DNA of 23,599 bases from Thermodesulfobacteriota bacterium (GTDB taxonomy: Bacteria > Desulfobacterota_D > UBA1144 > Nemesobacterales > N074bin48), in contig JBFFSH010000038.1 in assembly GCA_041572575.1 (NCBI GenBank), positions 1 to 23,599 on the forward strand. The letters are read 5' to 3'. Below are positions 1-7,972 of this stretch, piece by piece. The notes below the pieces were generated by a model. It was not told where the DNA came from, ran no database searches, and saw only the letters and a program-made list of their open reading frames with translations. A program made the translations under genes and the position numbers. Within the stretch, counting starts at the first letter, position 1. Each line of letters starts with the position of its first letter.

Positions 1-208
1 AAGGGAATCGTTTACTATACTTACTCCAAGAGAAGAAGAGATAATAAGACTGCGTTTTGGTATAGACAAGGAAAGCACATATACTCTTGATGAAATAGGT
101 AAAAGGTTTGACCTTACAAGGGAAAGGATCAGGCAGATTGAAAAAGCCGCACTAGAAAAACTTCAGAGATCAGATGCTGGCAATGTGCTTGCAAGCTTTT
201 TAAGATAG
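1..208 (+). CDS. RNA polymerase sigma-70 family factor (RpoD/RpoS-like), C-terminal region 4, 5'-truncated by the window edge
   Basis: Manual translation of frame 2 gives RESFTILTPREEEIIRLRFGIDKESTYTLDEIGKRFDLTRERIRQIEKAALEKLQ...FLR*, which contains the region 4.2 HTH motif TRERIRQIE. Stop TAG is at 206-208. Confidence 0.93.
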   Translation, partial: RESFTILTPREEEIIRLRFGIDKESTYTLDEIGKRFDLTRERIRQIEKAALEKLQRSDAGNVLASFLR

Positions 209-230
209 TTAAAATTAGAAGTGATCAGGA

Positions 231-1316
231 TCAGACCACTTTCTTGTCCCTATATTCCTGCTTATAGATCTCTATAAAACTCATAAATACTGCAAGAAGC
301 ACCGGCCCCAGGATTATTCCCGAAAATCCGAAGTAATCGAGCCCCCCCATAATACTTAATAAAAGGAAAAATGTAGGTAGTTTCACTTTTCCTCCTATTA
401 TGATAGGCCTTATAATATTGTCAGACATACTTATCACAACTATCCCAAATACAAGAAGAACTATTCCCTTTAGAAAAACTCCTGTAGCTAAAAGATATAT
501 AGTAACAGGAAGCCAGACAAATGTAGCACCCACAAGTGGTAATATCGATAAAACAAAACTGATAGATCCTGCAAGCACCGGATAAGAAATTCCTAATATT
601 AGAAATATTATTAGTACAAGCAGACCTTGTACAGCAGCAGTAGCAAGGCTTCCAACAACAACTCCATCTATAGTGTTATGAAAAACCTTAAACGTTCTGT
701 TTTTCTGTTCTTCACTCATGGGTATTAGGTATTTTAGTTTTTCAAACATCTGCCGTCCGTCCCTGAAAAAGAAGAATAGTGAGAAAATCATAATACCAAA
801 ACTAAAAAGCATACTTGTTATATTGCTTGCAAACCCTTTAAAGAGATTAATAAGATAGCTGCTAATAGATTTAGAAGATTTCACTAAAATACTTTTTACG
901 TTTACCTCTCCCAGGTCTAACTTGTTTTCAAGTCCATTTATGATTGAAGTTGGAAGTATTTTTTCAAGAGAATCAGACTCTGTAATTTTTGAAACATATG
1001 ATGCCAGTTTATCAATCTCTCCCTTACTTTTTGCTGAGGAATAAATATCAACCATTTCAAGCGCAAGGCTGCTTACAAGTAAAAATAGAGGGATAACAAT
1101 AAGCCAAACCGTAAGAAGTGTCATGATAATGGACGACAACCCAACCCTGTTTCTTAAAAGTTTTGTGAGTTTTTCATGCGCAGGATAAAGAATAAGTACT
1201 AGAATTGCAGCCCAAAAGAGTGGGATAATAAATGGCAATATAACCTGAACAAAAAGGTACATCAGGTATAAAAATATTCCAATAAAAAACCAGGAGACTA
1301 CTTCATTTCTTGTCAT
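231..1316 (-). CDS. AI-2E family (PerM/YdiK-like) transporter
   Basis: 361-aa multi-TM protein with family motifs PLFWAAILVLILYP, ILPLVGATFVWLP, SDNIIRPIIIG and GGLDYFGFSGIILGPVLLA. Confidence 0.92.
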   Translation of the reverse strand: MTRNEVVSWFFIGIFLYLMYLFVQVILPFIIPLFWAAILVLILYPAHEKLTKLLRNRVGLSSIIMTLLTVWLIVIPLFLLVSSLALEMVDIYSSAKSKGEIDKLASYVSKITESDSLEKILPTSIINGLENKLDLGEVNVKSILVKSSKSISSYLINLFKGFASNITSMLFSFGIMIFSLFFFFRDGRQMFEKLKYLIPMSEEQKNRTFKVFHNTIDGVVVGSLATAAVQGLLVLIIFLILGISYPVLAGSISFVLSILPLVGATFVWLPVTIYLLATGVFLKGIVLLVFGIVVISMSDNIIRPIIIGGKVKLPTFFLLLSIMGGLDYFGFSGIILGPVLLAVFMSFIEIYKQEYRDKKVV

Positions 1317-1396
1317 TCCATGTTGCCATGTATTTATATTATTATGTAATTAACATAATTTATTTTAATAAATAAAGTATAATAGATCATTTAGAA

Positions 1397-2875
1397 ATGC
1401 AATTTAAAAATAGTAATTATTCTAATGCAACATGGATCTTTATAAGATGCATAGGGGCTATTTATCTTATAGCATTCCTTTCATTCTTTTTTCAATATGA
1501 TGGCCTTATAGGACAAAACGGAATTTTACCGTTTGCAAGGTATTTAGATTCACTGCAGACAAACCTTGGTAGTCGTGCATATTGGCTTGTACCTACAATA
1601 AGCTGGCTTAACCAGACAGATACATTTCTATATTGGCAGCTTATAATAAGCCTCGTTTTCTCTGTTGCCCTAATCGCAGGAGTCTTACCCATCATTTCAT
1701 CACTAATACTGTTTATATCGTATCTATCCATAGTAAACATCGGCCAGTCTTTTATGACCTTCCAGTGGGATATACTTTTGCTCGAAGCTGGATTTTTAGC
1801 AATACTAATAAGCCCCGTAAAACTACTATCAAGGCTAAGAGATAATAAAACACCGCACATACTATTAATTATTCTTTTAAAACTTCTCCTTTTCAAACTC
1901 ATGTTTTCATCAGGAATAGGCAAGCTGCTAAGCGGTGATGAGACATGGAAAAATCTAACTGCACTAAACTTCCATTATTTCACTCAGCCCCTACCAAACC
2001 AGATTGCCTGGTATGCACACCAGCTGCCGGAGTGGATACATAAAACTTCAGTAGCGGTAATGCTATTTATAGAAATCATAGTTCCTTTTTTCTTCTTTGC
2101 ACCAGCAAGACCAAGATACTTAGCCGGCTTTTTAACAATAGGCCTTCAAATAATCATCATGGCCACTGGAAACTATACGTTTTTTAACCTGCTCTCAATC
2201 GTGCTTTGTCTGTTTTTATTCGATGATGACTTTTTTAAAATATTTTATCGTAAAAGCGGCCTATCCTTTAAGGATGAGTCTATAACCCCGAGCACAACAC
2301 TTTCAAAAATCAAACTAGGATCTCTCTCACTAATATTCTTCTTAATTGTAAGTCTCTCAGTAATTCAGTTCTCAAGAAGGTATCTTGGGGTAAGAAACTT
2401 GCCTGAATTTGTAAATAAAGCTGTACTCTATTCGTCTTCCTACCACATTGTAAATAACTATGGCCTTTTTACGGTTATGACCACTAAAAGGAATGAAATT
2501 ATAATAGAAGGAAGTAATGACGGCATAAACTGGAAGGCGTATGAATTTAAATACAAGCCTGGAGATTTAAAAGGAGGTCTTCATTTTGTAGCCCCTCATC
2601 AGCCCCGGCTTGACTGGCAGATGTGGTTTGCAGCATTTGGGAATTACAGACGTAATCACTGGTTTGTAAATCTAATGTACAGACTACAGGAAGGAAAACC
2701 AGAAGTTTTAGGACTGATAAAGGGAAATCCATTTCCGGACAAGCCTCCCAAATTTTTAAGAGCACAACTCTATGATTATAAATTTACAAATTGGGAGGAA
2801 AGAAAATCATCAGGCGATATTTGGAAAAGAACTTATTTAAAATATTACATGCCTGTTTTAAGAAGCAGCCGGTGA
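1397..2875 (+). CDS. Lipase maturation factor (LMF1) family membrane protein
   Basis: Motifs GLIGQNGILP, FQWDILLLEAGF, YFTQPLPN, TGNYTFFNLL, YEFKYKPG and PHQPRLDWQMWFAA are typical of LMF1. Confidence 0.93.
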   Translation: MQFKNSNYSNATWIFIRCIGAIYLIAFLSFFFQYDGLIGQNGILPFARYLDSLQTNLGSRAYWLVPTISWLNQTDTFLYWQLIISLVFSVALIAGVLPIISSLILFISYLSIVNIGQSFMTFQWDILLLEAGFLAILISPVKLLSRLRDNKTPHILLIILLKLLLFKLMFSSGIGKLLSGDETWKNLTALNFHYFTQPLPNQIAWYAHQLPEWIHKTSVAVMLFIEIIVPFFFFAPARPRYLAGFLTIGLQIIIMATGNYTFFNLLSIVLCLFLFDDDFFKIFYRKSGLSFKDESITPSTTLSKIKLGSLSLIFFLIVSLSVIQFSRRYLGVRNLPEFVNKAVLYSSSYHIVNNYGLFTVMTTKRNEIIIEGSNDGINWKAYEFKYKPGDLKGGLHFVAPHQPRLDWQMWFAAFGNYRRNHWFVNLMYRLQEGKPEVLGLIKGNPFPDKPPKFLRAQLYDYKFTNWEERKSSGDIWKRTYLKYYMPVLRSSR

Positions 2876-3037
2876 TTTTTGTATTTTGGCTTTAACTAAT
2901 CCAACGTTATTAATCATTCACAGGTTCTCTATCCTGATAGACCGTAATTTTTTCTATTCGAAAAAACCCGTTTTCTCATCCTAGGAAAAGTACATATGGA
3001 CTAACCTTGTCAGAAATATTCTTTCCGCATTTTAAAT

Positions 3038-3081
3038 ACGAGATTGTCACGTCGCTCCGCTCCTCACAATGACAGTTGTGG
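3038..3081. repeat. REP-like palindromic element (solo copy of the family at 7622-7810)
   Basis: ACGAGATTGTCACGTCGCTCCGCTCCTCACAATGACAGTTGTGG shares both ends with 7742-7810 and has an internal inverted repeat ATTGT/ACAAT. Confidence 0.75.
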
Positions 3082-3136
3082 GATGTCGTTTGCTAAAGTA
3101 AAGAAAGCCCACCCTATAATTCTCTGACACCCTAAT

Positions 3137-3171
3137 AAAAAAAGGAGCAGTGACCAAATAGTCACTGCTCC
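3137..3171 (-). terminator. Rho-independent terminator of the DUF11-repeat gene
   Basis: Perfect 11-bp stem GGAGCAGTGAC/GTCACTGCTCC with a 6-nt loop. The A7 at 3137-3143 reads as U7 on the minus strand, and the hairpin lies about 85 nt past the stop at 3255. Confidence 0.9.
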
Positions 3172-3254
3172 CTATGTTTACTTCTTATTGCTTTTCATTC
3201 ACTACCGGGAAGTAACCTTCCCCGCAGGTTTATATCTTATTAAAATCGAGGCTT

Positions 3255-6200
3255 CTATTTAGTTCTACCGTTGTTACCACCTCTGCCTCTACCACCTCCT
3301 GGGCCACCCGGATCACCGGTTCCGCCCTGGACAACAGTTCTTAGATGATGCTCGTTATTGGAGCCATCCGGATCAGGTGTGTCTGAAGAAATTATCTCAC
3401 ATCTGTTAATAATATCTTCTTTTACACTACCTTTGAAGTCAACCTGAATCTCATAGGTCACAGCGTCTCCATGCTGAATCAGATCAGCTTCACACTGTAC
3501 ATAGTGTCCGGATTGATTGTAGAAACAGCCTTGTGATGCGAACTGGAAGATTACCTTCTTCGGATTCAGTGGCAGATAATCTCTTATTACCACGTTCTCA
3601 GCATTTGAAGGTCCGCCTGTTCCACACACATTACTGCCCGTAGCATCATGTGGCAGCTCCGAACAGCCCTCATCATTATGTACCGTACAGAAGTACTGTA
3701 CCGTGCCCGATGGGTTTCCTGTTGGAAAGTTGCTGTCCTTTTCCATCCACAGGTCTGCAGAAACTGCAGAATCTATGTTTGCACAGATGTCCGTGTTGTT
3801 TACCTCATCGGGATCAAATGCATCCGATGTAGCACTTACACAGTTTTCAATATCAGTACCATTAGGCACGTCATTGTTAACCGTGCTCAGTATGGCTACT
3901 ATTACAGACTCTCCCGGATCCACAACGTCTGTGAAGTTACATTCAACAATCGCATCTGGTGGTGGTGGGAAGAACTGACATGCACCCGTTCCAAGAAGTA
4001 TATTTGCACTATCAAACGTTACTTCCGGTGGAAGTATGTCTGTCAGTGATATACCAGTGGCTGATGATGGCCCGTTGTTTGTAATTGTAACTGTCCATCC
4101 AAGTGGGTCGCCTGCGCTTACAGGACCGCTTGCTGGCGTTGTTACAACTTTTGTAACTACCAGATCGGCGCTCTGTGTTATTGTTGTATCACATGTATCG
4201 ATGTTATTGATATTAAAGTCATCGAATGTGTCAGAAGAAACCATAACATCATTATGAAGTATTCCAGTTAGATCAGGCGGAACACTTACATTGATAGTCA
4301 TAGTCTGAGTAAATGCGTCGTTATCGTTTACACTGTCATAGTTACACACTGTAGGAAGTGTTGCAACTCCGGGTACACCTGTCTCACACTGTGCTCCTCC
4401 GGAACCTACTACAGAATTAATCGAAAGCCCTGCCGGCACCACATCTTCAACAACAACATTAACTGCCTGTGAAGGGCCCCAGTTTCCTATGTCTATCAGA
4501 TAATCGAAAGCGGGTCCTCCTGCCACTACTGTGTCAGGACACGACTTCTGGACTCTCATATCTGCAATACCGTCTACATTTATCGATCCCTCTGCCATAT
4601 TGTTTGGCAGGTATGGATCAGGCGTGAGGCTGTTTACAGTGGCAACGTTGTTAATATCAACGTCTTCATTAGCCTGTACTGAAATCCTTATTGCCGTTCT
4701 GTTATCAGACTGTATAGCCGTGAGGTCACCCAGGTCACAGACAACTGTTTCTTCCATCACCATGCTTGCGCTTGTAGGATCACAGGTTACCGTACAGTCT
4801 GTGCATGACTGAATAACAGTTACGTCTGTAATATCAAACAAACCTTCACTCAAAATCTCATCAGTCATAAGAACATCTCTTGCGTCTGATGGCCCTAGGT
4901 TGTCTACGAATATATCACAGAAGCCTGTGTCACCTGCAAATAGCGGCTCATCTGGTTTACAAACCTTTGTAATCTTAAGGTCTGATTCGTCTACGCAAAA
5001 TGTAGAAGCAAATGCGGTATTATTAAAAGTTATGGGATCTACATCTTCATCCGGCATATTATTAATCATCTGTATAGATACACCATCCGAACATGATGCA
5101 AAACCATCATTGTTTGGATCATTGATTAAATAGTCACTAGGAATCAAAAACAGGATTTCAATAATTCTGCTAAAACCCGCAGGTATTCCTGTTAGATTAC
5201 ATTCTATATCTCCAGATCCCGCAAGAGTACAACCAGATGGAAGTGGTTCGATTGGTATTAGAGCTTGAGGAAATATATCTCTAATTTGAACACTAGTTAC
5301 ATCATCCGGGCCATTATTGGTGACTGTAATTATAGCAGTTTGTACTTCACCTGCTACAGTTGGATCCGGAAATACCTCTTTTGAAATCTCGAGATCAGCT
5401 ACAACAGCTTGAACCGCATCATTTGTCACAGAAGTGTTGTTGCTTGTGATTGGATCGGCAGTATCACTTGATACCATTGCTATGTTTTGCAGTGACCCGC
5501 TTGCACCAGCCTGTACCTCTACAGGAATTGTAATAACAGCCGGACCATCACCGGGAGCAAAAGGATTCAAAACCCCGCCTATATCACAAACTATTTTCTT
5601 ATTTATTATCTCCTGAAAACAAACTGATCCCAGAGGTGCTAGAATAAGACCGTTTATTTCAACATGGTCAGGTAATATATCTACTACCCTTACATTATTT
5701 GCCGAACCTGGCCCGTTGTTGCTAATAGTTAGAGTATAGAGAATTGAATCTCCTGGACCAACAGGACCTCCTGCAGCAGATGAAAGCTTTTGAATTGAAA
5801 GATCGGCAGAGTTTTCAAACAACACTTCGTCGGTTGCCATGTTGTTTGAGCAGTCAGGATCAGGTGTGCCTTCTGTTGTTTGGGTATGGCATATTGCCTG
5901 CACTACATCGGTTACGTTTGTACCCTGATTTGCAGTAAATGTATAAGACACTGTCACCTGATCTTCATTTGGAAGCACGCCAAGTTCACACTCAAATACG
6001 AATGGGCTTGTATTAGGATTATTCTGAACGAATGTGCAGAATCTGTTAAAACCATTTACGTCCTGATTCTCACTGAATGGCCCAATGCTAAATGGGGCTA
6101 TTGAGCTGCCAGGAGCAAATGTGATGGTATCTCTCAGTATCACATCCCTTGACCAGGAAGTTCCGTTATTCTTAATAATAGCAGTACACTGTACTGTGTC

Positions 6201-6908
6201 TCCCGAATCTAATGGAAGATCGTGGTTACAGACTTTTGTAATTTCAAGGTCTGCATCGTCCTGAACTATGGTCGAATCTGTGTACTGGTCGAGAATAGCT
6301 CCGCCTTCCAAACCAGTGTATGCAGTGTTAAGTACAGCGGTAACGCCATTACTAAAACCAACTACATGATTACTGTTTACCTGGAATTTTAGTAAGAACG
6401 AATTGATTTCTGGAATAATGCCGGGGATTACGGCATTATTCAGATCTCCTATCTGACAGCGTATACAGCTTGCTTCAGGATCGTCTCCACCAGTATCTTC
6501 ACACACAGAAGAATCTGTAGGTGCACATGTAATTGGTAAATCGGGTTCTGCCGGATCACTACTGAACTGCGTACCGCTTACTTCAAGAAGTGTCCACCCA
6601 AATGGAAAATCATCAATTACTATGACGTCATCCGCGTCTTCAGTGTCAAAGTTTCTCACCTGTACTAGGACAAAGAACTCTTCACCTGCAAATACGTCTT
6701 CGTCTTTCGTACAGTTCTGCAGCTCGTCTGTAATTCCAAACAAACCGCCAAGTGATGTAAAATCACAATCAGGCTGAACCCCGGTCTTGAAGACCTGTAG
6801 GTCCGTTGCCACTCCAGCATGTGAAGTGCTGGATAGTCCGAACATAACAATGCAGCTGAAAAGCATTATTGCTATGAATGATAAAAACTTACTTTTATCA
6901 CTTACCAT
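3255..6908 (-). CDS. Large secreted acidic, Cys-rich protein with eight DUF11-type (conserved repeat domain) Ig-like repeats; putative adhesin or matrix protein
   Basis: Signal peptide ends ...STSHA|G and SD AGGAGG lies upstream. Repeats begin TDLQVFK, ADLEITK, ADLSIQK, ADLEISK, SDLKITK, ADMRVQK, ADLVVTK and ADLWMEK. Most contain N.GP..A..V...D..P and end DP...NN. The C-terminal tail is Gly/Arg-rich. Confidence 0.85.
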   Translation of the reverse strand: MVSDKSKFLSFIAIMLFSCIVMFGLSSTSHAGVATDLQVFKTGVQPDCDFTSLGGLFGITDELQNCTKDEDVFAGEEFFVLVQVRNFDTEDADDVIVIDDFPFGWTLLEVSGTQFSSDPAEPDLPITCAPTDSSVCEDTGGDDPEASCIRCQIGDLNNAVIPGIIPEINSFLLKFQVNSNHVVGFSNGVTAVLNTAYTGLEGGAILDQYTDSTIVQDDADLEITKVCNHDLPLDSGDTVQCTAIIKNNGTSWSRDVILRDTITFAPGSSIAPFSIGPFSENQDVNGFNRFCTFVQNNPNTSPFVFECELGVLPNEDQVTVSYTFTANQGTNVTDVVQAICHTQTTEGTPDPDCSNNMATDEVLFENSADLSIQKLSSAAGGPVGPGDSILYTLTISNNGPGSANNVRVVDILPDHVEINGLILAPLGSVCFQEIINKKIVCDIGGVLNPFAPGDGPAVITIPVEVQAGASGSLQNIAMVSSDTADPITSNNTSVTNDAVQAVVADLEISKEVFPDPTVAGEVQTAIITVTNNGPDDVTSVQIRDIFPQALIPIEPLPSGCTLAGSGDIECNLTGIPAGFSRIIEILFLIPSDYLINDPNNDGFASCSDGVSIQMINNMPDEDVDPITFNNTAFASTFCVDESDLKITKVCKPDEPLFAGDTGFCDIFVDNLGPSDARDVLMTDEILSEGLFDITDVTVIQSCTDCTVTCDPTSASMVMEETVVCDLGDLTAIQSDNRTAIRISVQANEDVDINNVATVNSLTPDPYLPNNMAEGSINVDGIADMRVQKSCPDTVVAGGPAFDYLIDIGNWGPSQAVNVVVEDVVPAGLSINSVVGSGGAQCETGVPGVATLPTVCNYDSVNDNDAFTQTMTINVSVPPDLTGILHNDVMVSSDTFDDFNINNIDTCDTTITQSADLVVTKVVTTPASGPVSAGDPLGWTVTITNNGPSSATGISLTDILPPEVTFDSANILLGTGACQFFPPPPDAIVECNFTDVVDPGESVIVAILSTVNNDVPNGTDIENCVSATSDAFDPDEVNNTDICANIDSAVSADLWMEKDSNFPTGNPSGTVQYFCTVHNDEGCSELPHDATGSNVCGTGGPSNAENVVIRDYLPLNPKKVIFQFASQGCFYNQSGHYVQCEADLIQHGDAVTYEIQVDFKGSVKEDIINRCEIISSDTPDPDGSNNEHHLRTVVQGGTGDPGGPGGGRGRGGNNGRTK

Positions 6909-7078
6909 CTTTTTTTCCTCCTTTTATTAGGATTTACATATTTATTGCTAAAACCTGAAGTCTCTTAGATTATTGGATTTAAGAAACCCCACTTTATTTC
7001 CATCTCTATATTGCTAAATTTTGTTTTTCTCCCTTTACCTCCTTTTATCCGTTTTTACGTTTATTTTGTTTGTCATAG

Positions 7079-7390
7079 TTAATGTCCGTTTGCAGTCATT
7101 TTTTTATTTAGCAGTTCAAGTATCTGATTTAGTTTTTCTCGGTTTACGCTGTAATAGACCTTCATGTCCTCCGATCTCCGCTCTACTAATAAGTGATTTT
7201 CAACTAACTGCTGCACAGCTTTCATAATCCCTTCCATCTCTTTATTTATTCTCTGCTCAAGAAGCCACCACTCAGCTATGGATTCTATGGAACCCTCTGC
7301 ATTTGGGTTATGAGCAAGATAGTCCAGTATTTCGTATGCCACGTTTGAGCTTAATTCTGAATCCAGTTCATTATTTATGTCTTGCTTCAC
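7079..7390 (-). CDS. Small hypothetical protein, probable winged-helix fold (ILxYLxxxPxAxxxxExIAxWWL motif)
   Basis: 103 aa with a GTG start and SD AAGGAG at 7398-7403. The helix-helix-helix then beta-hairpin pattern (LVERRSEDMKVYYSVN) is wHTH-like. It lies directly downstream of a sigma54 promoter. Confidence 0.75.
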   Translation of the reverse strand: MKQDINNELDSELSSNVAYEILDYLAHNPNAEGSIESIAEWWLLEQRINKEMEGIMKAVQQLVENHLLVERRSEDMKVYYSVNREKLNQILELLNKKMTANGH

Positions 7391-7428
7391 GAGCAGACTC
7401 CTTTGGTATTTATTCTTGCATGTATAAG

Positions 7429-7445
7429 TGCAACCACAGTGCCAG
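7429..7445 (-). promoter_or_regulatory. sigma54 (-24/-12) promoter
   Basis: Minus strand reads CTGGCACTGTGGTTGCA, an exact TGGCAC-N5-TTGCA match. Predicted TSS is about 7418, roughly 28 nt before the GTG at 7390. Confidence 0.9.
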
Positions 7446-7556
7446 GTTGTAACTGCCTGTGATCATTGAATAATATAAATTTGAGCAGGATAAATTTGTG
7501 ACTCTGGTTTTCAGATAATTTAGTTAGAGCATCAGATTTATAGGGGTAAAACTAGT

Positions 7557-7592
7557 GGACATTTTTGTCATAAAAAAGTCACAAAAATGTCC
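7557..7592. promoter_or_regulatory. Putative upstream activator sequence (bEBP enhancer)
   Basis: Perfect 12-bp inverted repeat GGACATTTTTGT-N12-ACAAAAATGTCC, about 140-175 bp upstream of the predicted sigma54 TSS. Confidence 0.65.
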
Positions 7593-7621
7593 TGGTTGGA
7601 TGTAATAGGGGTCTGGATGTA

Positions 7622-7810
7622 CCACAAATGTCATTGCGAAGCTCAAACATTCATACAGTTATCAAAAATGAGCTGTGGCAATCTCGTAGTTAGATCAGGA
7701 ACAACGTTTCAAGATAGACAAAGTTAGAGGGTTTTTTAAAAACGAGATCATCACGTCGTACAATCCGAATTAAATAACTAATGAAGTACTCCTCATGATG
7801 ACAGTTGTGG
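7622..7810. repeat. Inverted doublet of REP-like palindromic elements
   Basis: 7622-7687 (CCACAAATGTCATTGCGAAGCTCA...TGAGCTGTGGCAATCTCGT) is an imperfect inverted copy of 7742-7810 (ACGAGATCATCACGTCGTAC...GTACTCCTCATGATGACAGTTGTGG). Confidence 0.75.
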
Positions 7811-7899
7811 TTAGTCACTGCCTAAGCTCACACTTCACCTGTCCCGAGCTATGTCGAAGTGCCTGCCGAAGTATAGTGAAGCTGATACCTTCCCAACCC

Positions 7900-7961
7900 G
7901 TCATGCTTGAGCGTAAGCGAAGCATCTTATTTTAGATTCTTCGGCTTTGCCTCAGAATGAC
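7900..7961. repeat. Second REP-like inverted doublet (GTCAT...ATGAC), possibly also the 3' hairpin of the activator mRNA
   Basis: GTCATGCTTGAGCGTAAGCGAAGCATCT-tatttt-AGATTCTTCGGCTTTGCCTCAGAATGAC, 11 nt past the activator stop codon. Confidence 0.75.
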
Positions 7962-7972
7962 AAGAAGAAAGT

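Noticed and set aside
1397..2875. Functional pairing of the LMF1 protein with the lipase-like lipoprotein at 20119
   Set aside because: The genes are about 17 kb apart with unrelated genes between them. The link rests only on family names.
3207..3222. Small hairpin GGGAAG-TAAC-CTTCCC after the DUF11 gene
   Set aside because: It has only a 6-bp stem and no U-tract. The hairpin at 3137-3171 already accounts for termination.
400..6850. Short ORFs overlapping the AI-2E, LMF1 and DUF11 genes (e.g. 1492-1923, 3648-4049, 4531-4812)
   Set aside because: They are antisense or out-of-frame shadows of well-supported genes and have no recognisable motifs.
7021..7227. 68-aa hydrophobic ORF on the + strand
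   Set aside because: It is antisense to the SD- and promoter-supported 103-aa gene. Its hydrophobicity comes from the T-rich complement of the purine-rich leader.
7622..7961. Possible CRISPR array or integron attC array
   Set aside because: There are no identical direct repeats with regular spacers and no cas or integrase gene. The units are inverted doublets and do not separate gene cassettes.
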